A stretch of 63,288 nt of DNA, counting the filler, from Octopus bimaculoides (taxonomy: Eukaryota), in the NCBI RefSeq assembly GCF_001194135.2. It is 8 parts of 7 records of this genome, joined end to end, with 100 filler letters (N's around TTAATTAATTAA, not from the genome) between each part and the next. Parts side by side here need not be neighbours in the genome. Positions count along the whole stretch, not along the records: positions 11,185 to 15,490 come from NW_026334568.1; positions 15,591 to 23,719 come from NC_069006.1; positions 23,820 to 31,684 come from NC_068983.1; 5 more parts are not named here. The stretch is one strand, 5' to 3'. The notes below the pieces were generated by a model that saw only the letters and a list, made by a program, of their open reading frames with translations, did no database searches and was not told where the DNA came from. Of the stretch, positions 12,776 to 24,949 are shown piece by piece (the stretch's first letter is position 1; each line of letters begins with the position of its first letter). The translations under genes were made by a program, and so were the position numbers.

Positions 12776-13475
12776 ATGAAAAGTAATATTCCTAAGATTA
12801 TAAACCTGGAAAAGTACAGGACAAGTGATTACACCTGGAAAAGTATAGGACAAGCTATTACTTCTAGTAAAGAATAAGAAACTTTTTACTTAAAATATTG
12901 CAGCAAAGAATGCCAGTTCTTCTAATTTATCACTCTTTACAGTTCTCATCTTTTAAATTTATTGTACAAAACCGTTCAGTTAATTTGTAAATTTGTCTAA
13001 TTAGTCACTTTTTTTTCTGTATTTAAGGTAGTAAATTAGCCAAATTCTACTTCTTCCCTGGCCTCCTCTGCATCGAAGAGGCCAGGGAATAGAAGAAAGA
13101 AGACATACACCCAACACCAGAGCTGAAGACACCTCCGAAAGGAGGGGCCCCGCCACGTCAAAACGGTAGAGGAGTAGGGGCCGAAACCGGACGTGGTTCC
13201 TCCTGATGATGTCTTGAGCTAACTGGATCCTATAAAGGAGCTGTTGTGGTAGCAGACCACGAAACATGGTTGAAATTCCTCAGTAGAGTGTTATTTGTAA
13301 ACTATAATAAAATCAGTTTTAATATTCAAATTTTAATTTTAGCTGCAATATTTTAAGTAAAAAGTTTCTTATTTTTACTTTACTTGAAGTAATAGTTTGT
13401 CCTATACTTTTCCGGGTGTAGTAGCTTGTCCTGTACTTTTCCAGGTTTATAATCTTAATGTGACTTTTCATGCTT
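12776..13475. repeat. Inverted repeat pair (about 12776-12904 and 13342-13475) flanking a GC-rich hairpin-rich core
   Basis: Arms share TAAGATTATAAACCTGGAAAAGTACAGGACAAG...AATAAGAAACTTTTTACTTAAAATATTGCAGC. Each arm has an internal subrepeat. Confidence 0.85.
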
Positions 13476-14178
13476 GCATTTTCCCATGTAATCCATGATT
13501 TTTCCAGGCATTGCAATAAGATAATTAATAATGTGTCAATTATTAATTTTTTTTCATGTTTAATTTAAATATATGTTGTATTTGAATTATTTGATATTAC
13601 CCATCCACACCAAATTAATGGCAGGAGTTTTTACCATCTTGTTGGTTGCACCACGACGCACCGAAAGTTACAAACAACAAGACCCCAGAACCATCAGTTA
13701 CCAGGCTCACCTAAAGTAAACTAGATTTTGAGTTGGTGATAGTAGCACTGACTGTTGCTAATCTAGATCTATCGATAATTATTCAATACAACAGTAATTA
13801 TAAAAGCATATCAGATATACACAAGTTAAAATTACCTACATCTCATTAATATAAATTTGATTTCCAAAAAACCCTTTTTAATTAATTTTGAAATTTAAAA
13901 AGTAAATTTAGAATATAAGCACTTTTAACCAATACCTTTTTTCGACAGCCTTACTACATGCCTTCAGGTCTGCCCATAGAGATACAGCCAAAAATGATTA
14001 TATTCCTGCCCCAATAAATTTAGATGTACATATCTGAAGCATATAAAGCATTAATGAACTAGCCTGATTAAATAATTAATTAAAAAGAAAAGGAAAAGCA
14101 AGTTAATTAAAGCTGAAAGAGAAAATTAATAATAAAAGTTAAACTTACCTTAATTCAACAGTATATTAAAAATAAACA

Positions 14179-14356
14179 GTATACCTGTTGTAACTTGGTA
14201 GACTGTAGTCCGATGATATTTCGGAATTAGAATTCCATCTTCAGATCTTATTTACTGGAATCTCTGCTATAAGACTCCAGTAAATAAGATCTGAAGAAGG
14301 AATTCTAATTCCGAAATATCATCGGACTACAGTTTACCAAGTTACAACAGGTATAC
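14179..14356. repeat. Near-perfect palindrome: 81-bp arms, 16-nt spacer, 2 mismatches; each arm contains a hammerhead-like motif (family H)
   Basis: Arms 14179-14259 and 14276-14356 compared base by base. Confidence 0.95.
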
Positions 14357-15125
14357 AGTCCATTTTTTTGTTCTATATATTGCATTGTTATACCTTCCTA
14401 AACTTTTTATTCTTTACAAACAAATACACAATGCTTCAAGTGAACTACAATACTCTCCTCTTAAAAATAACTTTTCATTTTAGAAATATATTCTTAAAAT
14501 TAATTAAAAAGGTAATTCTAAAATTAAAGAATAATTTCAAAATAAAATTAGCTTTTTAGAAATTTTGAAGAACATACAATAGCAACAAGCCCAGTAAGAA
14601 GAGAAAGAGAATGAGAAGTGAAGAATAAGAGCAATTATAACAAACAATAAATTAAATATACAACTATTTCTTTGCTTGGAGCGTGACTCCCTTTTTAACC
14701 TCATAAGTTTTGTTCTACTAATTTTTCTTAAATGCAACTAACGATTCTGAATTCCTCACACATTTTTGTACCATTTAAGCCTAAGAAAAGAATACTTTAT
14801 TTTTAAAATTAAAAAATTTATGATAATTGAAAATGAACACCTGCTTTACTACCCACCTTTAGGCCTCCCCTATTTTGATGTAACTTTTTTTCTACTGACG
14901 TAAACCTCAAACTATTTACGCCAAAATGTAGCTGAGGAGGTGTCCTCTTTAAAACTATTAACAGTTTGCAATTTAGCTGAGAACTGAATTAGTTGTGAAG
15001 TTAGGGAGCTGCTGCGATTGATGAAATGGCAGATGATAGTATATGACACTACAGTCAAGCTTCACTGGGCATAACTACAGAGTTGTCGCCACCGACTTTG
15101 GAAGGTCACATACCACGATTTTCAC

Positions 15126-15189
15126 TAGGGTGTTAGGGTTTTAGGGTCAGGGTTACGGTTAGGATTAGTGTTATGGTTTTAGGGTTGGG
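15126..15189 (+). repeat. Degenerate interstitial (TTAGGG)n-like tract
   Basis: TAGGG TGTTAGGG TTTTAGGG TCAGGG TTACGG TTAGGA TTAGTG TTATGG TTTTAGGG TTGGG. Confidence 0.75.
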
Positions 15190-15600
15190 AAAGAAAGCAA
15201 CCGGTTTAAAATGACAGCAACAGACTGCGGCAATTCACCACATTCCAGAAGCTACTTTGAACATAATGCAAAATGGTGCATCAACATCTTCTGCCCAATC
15301 TGATAGAATTCTTGGCAAAACTGTGTAGCAACAGATCGCCAGCAATTGCTTCATCACAAATTGCCGTCCTAGCTCCTCCAGAAAGGGATTACCCTGCTAT
15401 GTATAATCAGGGCAGCGCAAAAAGTTGTTTTGCACAAGCATTTCTATAGCCAATTACATGGATGAAATTTACGTACGCTTAATGTTACGCNNNNNNNNNN
15501 NNNNNNNNNNNNNNNNNNNNNNNNNNNNNNNNNNTTAATTAATTAANNNNNNNNNNNNNNNNNNNNNNNNNNNNNNNNNNNNNNNNNNNNATATATATTT

Positions 15601-15639
<39 letters not shown>

Positions 15640-15645
15640 CATACA

Positions 15646-15711
<66 letters not shown>

Positions 15712-16280
15712 ATCTAAGCATAAGATACACACTCGAACACACACATTCACACACACACAATGTATATGTATTTATATGTATGTAAGTATGTATGTATGTT
15801 CATGTATATTCTAAATATATACACGCGCATATACAAGCAGTATAAATATATACAAGCAGTATAACTGTAGTTCGTCCGACTGAGATATCTAATCGCTGAG
15901 TGTGCACAACGACTCCACGAGTATTCGCTGCCAAGATTTTATATCTATGACAAAATGGGCATCGAATATACAACATAAAAAAATATGGAATATGTGTAAC
16001 AAATTACCTCCAAGGAGAACTCTTCATTGAGCATGATTCCAAAAAGAGCCTCTTGACCACATATTTGTCTTTTGTTTCTTAGAGACAACGTATCACGAAC
16101 TATAAAATGTGCCGTTTTGTGTCTATCGAGGCGGTTCTGATTTTAGAGAGATTTAACTGCTATTTTTATTATGGCTAATGACCACATCGAAATTACATTT
16201 TGTATGACTATGGTATAGGTAGGTGCTGGTCTTAATGTAGTTTTCTGTTGCTTGTAGTACAAGTAATTGTAGTTGTTGTG

Positions 16281-16586
16281 GAAGGCGCGTGGCCTAGTGG
16301 CTAGAGTGTTCGCCTCACGAGCGTAAGGTTGTCGGTTCGATTACTTGTGGAGAGTTGCGTCCTTAAGCAAGGCACTTCATTTCACGTTGCTCCAGCCCAC
16401 TCAGCTGCCAATAATGAGTTGTGCTTGTATTCAAATGGTCAACTTTGTCACACTCTGTGTCACGCTGAATCTCTCTAAGGCTACGCGCGTCTGTGGAGTA
16501 CTCAGCCACTTGCACGTTAATTTCACGAGCGGACTGTTCGGTTGATTGGATCGACTGGAACCCTCATCGTCGTAACCTACGGAGTG
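16281..16586 (+). mobile_element. tRNA-derived CORE-like SINE (family A)
   Basis: Head GAAGGCGCGTGGCCTAGTGG..GGTTCGATT and body GTCCTTAAGCAAGGCACTT. Copies at 8345-8552 (+), 19471-19785 (+), 53647-53875 (-) and 53880-54169 (-); head only at 7640-7715. Confidence 0.88.
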
Positions 16587-17274
16587 AAAGAATAGCAGTT
16601 CTATTGTTATTTTTCTTGATGTTGTTGTTTAGCCCCTCGTCTCCATCAGCCTAGAAGATCTATAATCAAAAGCTTTGTAGACGCAGAACACGTTCCCCGT
16701 ATCAGCTGTCCGGAATCAAAGTGGAGAGAATATACTAGAAATATAAAATGGCTTCTAAGTGAGAGTATTTAGGTCTGTTGGTCAGTGCATGCCACATGGA
16801 AATTTTAACAATCTTAGCGCCATTAGTTACTTCATTGGAGCTCCACGTAGTAGAGCAAACAGGATGTTTGTTCTGCGCCAGTTTGTCAGCAATCCACAGG
16901 GTTGGTATAACAGCGACATGAGTTCTTACATTGGACGCTTCACGTGGTGGACCGGACCGGATGTTGGTATCAGTTAATCGTCATTCTGTGGCGTGCGGTA
17001 TTTCAGCTACAAGACTTACCCTTAAAGTCATTGGCTGTCATACCCGAGTAGTGTTTCATGAAGCGACTGGATGATGTGAGGGAAGTTCTATAAACCACGA
17101 GGTTTCAGGGACAGGATACTAACAGTGGGCAGTTGTTAGACAGTTCCAGGATGGAGCGTAAGTAAAGAGTATTCACACAAACTATTATTAAAAACATACA
17201 GCTTCCAACCAAATATGTTCAATGCTACTTTAATTCGTTTGCTCACCCTCTCGTATATGTAGGTGTGTATATGC

Positions 17275-17314
<40 letters not shown>

Positions 17315-17704
17315 NNNNNNNNNNNNNNNNNNNNNNNNNNNNNNNNNNNNNNNNNNNNNNNNNNNNNNNNNNNNNNNNNNNNNNNNNNNNNNNNNNNNNN
17401 NNNNNNNNNNNNNNNNNNNNNNNNNNNNNNNNNNNNNNNNNNNNNNNNNNNNNNNNNNNNNNNNNNNNNNNNNNNNNNNNNNNNNNNNNNNNNNNNNNNN
17501 NNNNNNNNNNNNNNNNNNNNNNNNNNNNNNNNNNNNNNNNNNNNNNNNNNCAGTTATCCGGCCACTGAAAATTCCTGTGAAAAAAATATCAGATACATAT
17601 ATATATATTGATAGAAAGCACAACAAAAGGAAGAAAGAGACCTCAATATTATGCAAATAGAGGAATTTATCTGTAAAAATATGTGACACTTATTCGGTAG
17701 CCAT

Positions 17705-17765
17705 GATAAAACTCCGAGTTTCGGATGCCGGGGTGGGAACCCACGCCGCCATCTCTTCAGTTATC
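17705..17765 (-). ncRNA. Type I hammerhead ribozyme motif with canonical core (family G)
   Basis: gataa-CTGAAGA-gatg..catc-c-GAAAC-tcgga-GT-T-ttatc. 5-bp stem I; quasi-palindromic stem III AACTC(G)GAGTT. Confidence 0.75.
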
Positions 17766-18707
17766 CGGCCACTGAAAATTCCTGTGAAAAAAATATCAGA
17801 TACATATATATATAAATATATATATATGTGTGTGCACACATATACATATAACTACATACATACGGGGACATAAACAAACCAACACTTTTGGTCTCTAGTA
17901 GTGCGGAACATACATAAACACAAAGGCTCGCACATATGCATACATATAATATATATATACACACATATATACAACAGGTTTCTTTTAATTTTCGTCCACC
18001 AAAATCTACTGACAAGGCTTTGGACAGGCTGGGGTTGTAGTAGAAGACATTTGCTCAAAGTACCAAGCAATGGTACTGAACCCGAAACCATGTGGTCGGC
18101 AAGCAAACTTCTTACCAGACGGCTGTACCTGCTCCCATAAGCCATACACTATCTCAAGTTAAAGCTTACAGTCGTAAAAAGGGAAAGGACACATTGGCTA
18201 ATTTAGTCCAAGGTACACAGTGTCAAAGAGAAAAAAGACGGTTTGATGGCCACGACTGGAAAGTCTTCGATCATAGGTCCGATCGGTCAAGACTGACCGA
18301 AGACCAAGTAACAACAACAACAACTTCTTCACTATAATTAACAAGCTTTCGTCCTTGATACACTACGTATAAGTCAGGGTGGTCACTGGTGGAACGGCTT
18401 TCATTACAGCTCTGTGCAGTCAGTGTTATCTTGTATGTAAACAGCAGCAGCAGTAACCTCAACAACAACAAGAACAACAACACTACTAAGGTATAAAGGA
18501 AGATCAATACGAGTGGTGGAATGAGGAAAATGTTCGTGTTTCGTCTGCGCATGCGTGTGACAACCAGTGATAGAGTCGGAGTATCAAGATGTCTCCTGCG
18601 TCAATCACCGCCACTAACGCCACCCCGGCAATCACCCGCGCCCTCCATTTTGTCTGTTCTATTCTTCTATTTTATTCTAGGAGAGATATTAACACAATGG
18701 CAACGAT

Positions 18708-18740
<33 letters not shown>

Positions 18741-18800
18741 TGTGAGGGAGAGAGAGGGAAAGAGAGAGACGGAGAGGGTGAAAGAGAACGAGAGAGAGGA

Positions 18801-18850
<50 letters not shown>

Positions 18851-19431
18851 NNNNNNNNNNNNNNNNNNNNNNNNNNNNNNNNNNNNNNNNNNNNNNNNNN
18901 NNNNNNNNNNNNNNNNNNNNNNNNNNNNNNNNNNNNNNNNNNNNNNNNNNNNNNNNNNNNNNNNNNNNNNNNNNNNNNNNNNNNNNNNNNNNNNNNNNNN
19001 NNNNNNNNNNNNNNNNNNNNNNNNNNNNNNNNNNNNNNNNNNNNNNNNNNNNNNNNNNNNNNNNNNNNNNNNNNNNNNNNNNNNNNNNNNNNNNNNNNNN
19101 NNNNNNNNNNNNNNNNNNNNNNNNNNNNNNNNNNNNNNNNNNNNNNNNNNNNNNNNNNNNNNNNNNNNNNNNNNNNNNNNNNNNNNNNNNNNNGTGTGTG
19201 TGTGTGTGTGGATATGTATATGTGTACGTACGTTACATGTGTTTCTATATTTAGCTATGAATATAGTTGGCTCGCTAAGTTTATGCAGACAACTGGAAAC
19301 AAGGCTCTCCTCTCTTTCTCTCTTTCTCTCTTTCTCTCTCTCTCTCTCTCTCACTCACTATCTCTCACACATATGCACACACATCCACACATAAACACAG
19401 GTAGATAGATGGATAATTGTGGAGGCATTAT

Positions 19432-19470
<39 letters not shown>

Positions 19471-19473
<3 letters not shown>

Positions 19474-19785
19474 GGCGAGTGGCTTAGCGGTTAGGGTATT
19501 CGGCTCACGATGGTAAGAACGTGATTTCGATTCCCGGCGGCGCATTGTGTCCTTGAGCAAGACCCTTTATTCCACGTTGCTACAGTCAATTCAACTGGCA
19601 AAAATGAGTCGTACCTGTAATTCAAAGGGCCAGCCTCGTCACACTCTGTGTCACACTGAGTCCCCTTGAGAACCACGTTACAGGTACACATGTCTGCGGA
19701 GTGCTCAGCCACTTGCACGTTAATTTCATCAGCCGGCTGTTCTGTTGAACTTAAACACTCGTCGTCGTAACTGACGGAGTGCCAA
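19471..19785 (+). mobile_element. SINE family A, full-length copy
   Basis: Colinear with 16281-16586. Confidence 0.88.
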
Positions 19786-20187
19786 TTGTATACAAATATA
19801 TACGTACATATATACATATATACATATATACATACATACATACATATATATATATGTGTATATGTACATATATATAAACATATTATACATATATATATGT
19901 ATATATATATATATTTATATACATATATATACATACATGCATATGTATATATATTTATATACATATATATACATACATGCANNNNNNNNNNNNNNNNNNN
20001 NNNNNNNNNNNNNNNNNNNNNNNNNNNNNNNNNNNNNNNNNNNNNNNNNNNNNNNNNNNNNNNNNNNNNNNNNNNNNNNNNNNNNNNNNNNNNNNNNNNN
20101 NNNNNNNNNNNNNNNNNNNNNNNNNNNNNNNNNNNNNATATATATATATATATATACATGTAATATGTGACAATTAGTTGGTTGTCA

Positions 20188-20250
20188 TAATAAAACTCAG
20201 AGTTTCAGATGCCGGGGCTGAAGTCTGCTCCGGCATCTCATCAGTTATTA
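20188..20250 (-). ncRNA. Type I hammerhead ribozyme motif with canonical core (family G, second copy)
   Basis: taataa-CTGATGA-gatgccgg..ccggcatc-t-GAAAC-tctga-GT-T-ttatta. 6-bp stem I, 8-bp stem II. Confidence 0.75.
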
Positions 20251-20829
20251 AGACAAAACGCTATGAAAAAAAAACCGTTGAATAAAAGGAAATTACTCCA
20301 ATAGGCCTGGGAATAGTAATACTTCATTCACATATATACACACACATACATGTACGCACACACACACACACACACACACATATGTATGTATATCTATATT
20401 CATACTGACACACGCGTGTACATATACATACAAACACACATATATACATATATATGTGTCTACGCATACACGCACATATACACGCATATATACCCATGCA
20501 TGCATCACTACGCACATATATACATCTCTACACGCACACACACATACATACACGGATATACAAAACGTAGTTTATACGCACATGGAAGGAGACAAGTACA
20601 ACAGGTAGAGTCTTACACTCGTATATACGTATACGCACGCACATATACACTAAGTATATACTACACGCGTATAAGATACACAATTATAAAGGGTGAATAA
20701 TAATATACAGAAAGAAATATATAAAGTAATAAAATATGTAGAAATATATAAGAGATGTTAAGACATATGAAAGGCTTGTATGTGGACATAATATAAAATG
20801 CAGGTTCTATCTGTGATCTTGGTTGGGCG

Positions 20830-21075
20830 GGAGTCCAAAAACGTAGCAAATGTTTTGCAATATGTGGACATGACCCCAAAACTTCAGTTCTTGAATTTAG
20901 AAATGTAGTGGGGTGTAAAGAACTTTCCCAGATGAGCCACCTTTCCATATGGCAAAGAGCGCACTTTCCACTGCCGTTGGTATAGGGCTTACACTTGGTC
21001 AAGATCTTCTAGTGAATCTTATAGCTGAAACCTTTTTCGTTTAAGGACCATATATAATTGGATAATAACCAAATT
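20830..21075 (-). mobile_element. PLE C-terminal fragment of a second lineage
   Basis: LSNYIWSLNEKGFSYKIH*KILTKCKPYTNGSGKCALCHMERWLI...LNSRTEVLGSCPHIAKHLL. Confidence 0.75.
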
Positions 21076-21603
21076 ATCCAGATCTTGGCCAAGTGTAAAC
21101 CACAGTATGAAGATGATCAAGGTCCTTGTTACAGCCTCCTTCACCTTCTCCTTAAGTTTTTCCATCTATTAAATTCCCTCACACGGTATTGTTCGACCCG
21201 AGGCTTTAATACAAGATATTTACCCAAGGTGCCGTGCATTGGGACTGAACACGAAACCACGTGATTGCAGAGCGAGCTACTTGACCTAAAGATATGTCTT
21301 GTTTATTATAAAACTCCACCTGTTGCTGCAGTGTCTGGCCCTGATTCTAGGACCTTTGGTACTATGCAGTGAGGGGGGATTTGGTACAGATTCCAATGTT
21401 AAAATTTGCTATTAGCCACCTAGTGTTAAGCTAACTGTGGAAATCAAAGCAATCTAATGCTGTAAACATCAGGAAGATGGCTTCGATGAGAGAGATTAGC
21501 GACAAGGTGAGAGTAGAAGAAATAAAACTATACGTCTTAGTGCGAATACAGCTAAATTATGCAGTTATACATACATACATACGTACATACATACATACAT
21601 ACA

Positions 21604-21637
<34 letters not shown>

Positions 21638-21669
21638 CATGATGTTAAACAATAAAGCTGCAGATCATT

Positions 21670-21905
21670 GAAAAAAAGAATACCTACGCTGAACTACAGA
21701 GAAATCTGCAGCTACTCATATCCAGATTACAAGTTCAGGTTTATACCTGTGATTATTGGGGCCCTGGGATATGTAACCCACTGCCTAAATACCAATCTTG
21801 AGAAAGTAGGCTTCTCAAAACCAGAAAGGAGAAAGCTAATTCGAAGACTACAGATCCAAGCCATCGATGTAAAAATCTGTAAAATTCTGCAGATGTTTAT
21901 CATTT
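21670..21905 (+). mobile_element. RLE-type non-LTR retrotransposon extreme C-terminus
   Basis: YPDYKFRFIPVIIGALGYV is similar to the 41750-41830 segment. Confidence 0.7.
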
Positions 21906-22034
21906 AAATATATATGAGCATGTATAGCTATGCAGTTGTATGCATGAGAAGACTTACATAAAGCAAAACATACAAATCTGCACGTATACATACATACATA
22001 CATACATAAAGACAGACAGACAGACAGACAGACA

Positions 22035-22071
<37 letters not shown>

Positions 22072-22249
22072 GTACATACATACGTACGGACGTATATATA
22101 TATATATATACATACATACGTACGTACATACATCATACATACATACGTACATACATATTTATATGTATAGAGATAGTGATGCAGATAAATATGCTTGGAC
22201 TTGATATATAAATCTAGATACAAACATATACACATGTAAATATATATAA

Positions 22250-22316
<67 letters not shown>

Positions 22317-22516
22317 AGAGGGAAGCAAAAGCTGAAAATATGTAGATGAACACTCGTGTATAAGCATTTTGATATTTATTCACCAAATCAAAATGTCCCT
22401 CTATATGTATATGTATATATGTATGTATATGTGTGTGTGTGCGCGTGTGTACACACACATAAATACACACACACACACACACATATACATACATACATAT
22501 ATATATATAGATATAC

Positions 22517-22587
<71 letters not shown>

Positions 22588-23444
22588 TACATTGCATATC
22601 ATCTGCTACGTCGATGCAATCTCGGATTACTTATTACTATATTACGATCGTAGTAGGAAGCGATAGTCTAGACGTCTGAGAACAACTGTCCTTCACGAGC
22701 CCGAGATTATTCTTGTCTTCTCTGATTCTGATTGATCTCATAATTCATCTGCATATCGTTTGCACATTGTTGCCAAGTTAATAATATGCGCATAGTCAAT
22801 TAATTAATGATATTGCAGTAATATATTTCAGTAATTATCTTCATTTCAAGTGTATTCAATGCACAATTAATTCATTGGCTATCTATTGTTCTATTACGCT
22901 ATACTGATGACGTACAAGATATAGAAACAGGCTCTTTACAGTTATAGGACTAATTAGGAAATATGAAATATGAAATATATGTACATTATAACGTTTTCAT
23001 TCACTTACAATGATAATTAATAGATGAGCCAATAATGAAACAGCTGATAATGATAAATAATAAGGTATGAAACCCTATACTGATAGTTTCGTGTCGAACA
23101 TTGTAGTGTGATGTGTTTAACAAGCGTTAATCCTAAAAGCATTTTGAGAAGGCTATTTATTCACATGCCTTACTCGACTTTTTATCACGTATTCACTCAT
23201 GCAAACGTACAAACGCACGCACATACACATGATGGCTGTTATTGCAAACGGCTAAACATGTAAATTTTTTGTAACACCGGAATGCATTGCTAAAACAAAT
23301 TCCCATGGCTGTATTCTGTATGGTTAAGCTGGTTAAGTTCATTTGCAACCACGTGGGTTCGGGTTCGGTCCTTGGACAAGTGTTTTCTGGACAAGTGTTT
23401 TCTGGACAAGTGCCTTGTGAGTGAATTTGGTAAATAGAAAGTGT

Positions 23445-23677
23445 GGCGAGCTGGCAGAAACGTTAGCACGCCGGGTGAAATGCTTAGCGGTATTTCGCCT
23501 GTCTTTACGTTCTGAGTTCAAATTCCGCCAAGGTCGACTTTGCCTTTGATCCTTTTGGGGTCGATTAAATAAGTACCAGTTACGCACTGGAGTTGATATA
23601 ATTGACTTAATCCGTTTGTCTGTCCTTGTTTGTCCTCTCTGTGTGTAGCCCCTTGTGGGCAGTAAAGAAATAAGAAA
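23445..23677 (+). mobile_element. tRNA-derived SINE with Meta-domain-like body (family C), tail type 2
   Basis: GGCGAGCTGGCAGAAACGTTAG..GAGTTCAAATTCC..GGTCGACTTTGCCTTT..GGGGTCGAT..AAGTACCAG. Other copies at 7206-7445 (-), 26241-26440 (-), 26441-26672 (-), 34411-34605 (+), 58680-58870 (+) and 29798-29850 (+). The Meta-domain assignment is from memory. Confidence 0.85.
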
Positions 23678-23819
23678 GTGTGTGGAAACTTGTCTTGTGT
23701 GCATACATATACACATGTGNNNNNNNNNNNNNNNNNNNNNNNNNNNNNNNNNNNNNNNNNNNNTTAATTAATTAANNNNNNNNNNNNNNNNNNNNNNNNN
23801 NNNNNNNNNNNNNNNNNNN

Positions 23820-23854
<35 letters not shown>

Positions 23855-24763
23855 TTTAAATATTTATTTGTGCCTTAATATAATATTGTTTTGAGTATAC
23901 TGAATTTTACTTTTCTTGAAGACTACACATTATGATGGAAACGATAGTATATCACTTGCACATATTCAGTAGAAGCCCTTGTGGGATTCGAACGCAGACA
24001 ATAATATATGTCGTGGTGCCTACTACTGATTGCATATCTTCCAGCACCCCAGACATTCACTTCATAGTACTTAGGTACCGAAGTTGTAAATTCATTTGAG
24101 ATAGATTAACGGATAAACCCTATCTCCAGTATTTAACTTGTACTTGGATATTGATCAAACGACTATGAAAAGGCAGGGTTAAACGGCGACAAGATTCGAA
24201 CTCGGACCTTAAATATATTATGCAATGCTCTTCACTGTCATCTTACCAATTCCATCTCAAATGCGCCGTCCCTTCACCCCAATATTATTAATACGATATT
24301 GATTTCTCACACAGACACCAGACCTCATATTTGTAGGGTAGGGATATTACCATAACTTCCTATTTGATTTATCTGTGTTAGCAGAAACCCTCTGGACCAA
24401 CGAAGAAGTTTCTTTGTGGTTAGTCGACTTGCAAAAATAGTACCCAAATTTCTCTGAAATCACAGCTAAACTATAGTCGTCATTCGCAAGCAAGTATGAC
24501 TTGGTGATGTTTAACATGGTGATTGTTTTGGACATCAATATAGTCATGACAGACAAAGACACTCTCTCAGCCCCCCACCCCCGGCAGACTATCCAGGATG
24601 TAGGAGCCGGAGTGAGAGAGGACTGCTCTTTTCTTCATCAGGAACACTAGCTCGGCGCTCATTATCAGCTGTTTACAGTTCTATATTTAAGAGATGAGGA
24701 GTTATGTACGTCATTTACATTATTTAGATTTGATGGATATTTGTCCTCATCTTCTTTGTTGTT

Positions 24764-24809
24764 AACACAACGTTTCGGCTGATATACCCTCCAGCTTTCA
24801 TCAGGTGTC
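24764..24809 (-). ncRNA. Minimal type I hammerhead motif (family E)
   Basis: gacac-CTGATGA-a-agct..agcc-GAAAC-GT-T-gtgtt. Stem I is intact; the first stem II pair is mismatched. Confidence 0.65.
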
Positions 24810-24949
24810 TTCCTTTAATACCCGTATTAAGGAAGGATAGGAAAATATTAGATTTATAGGGCCTAAAATTCACTCCAAAATTGCCCACTGGCATATGGCG
24901 TAATGGTTACGAGCGCGGTCTACTCACTCCAAGATTCCGAGTTCGATTC

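Noticed and set aside
13001-13267. 88-aa ORF across the GC-rich island
   Set aside because: No homology recognised; the island is better explained as structured nucleic acid.
22900-22945. CTGATGA...GAAAC hammerhead-like spacing
   Set aside because: No convincing stem I or II, and no NUH site.
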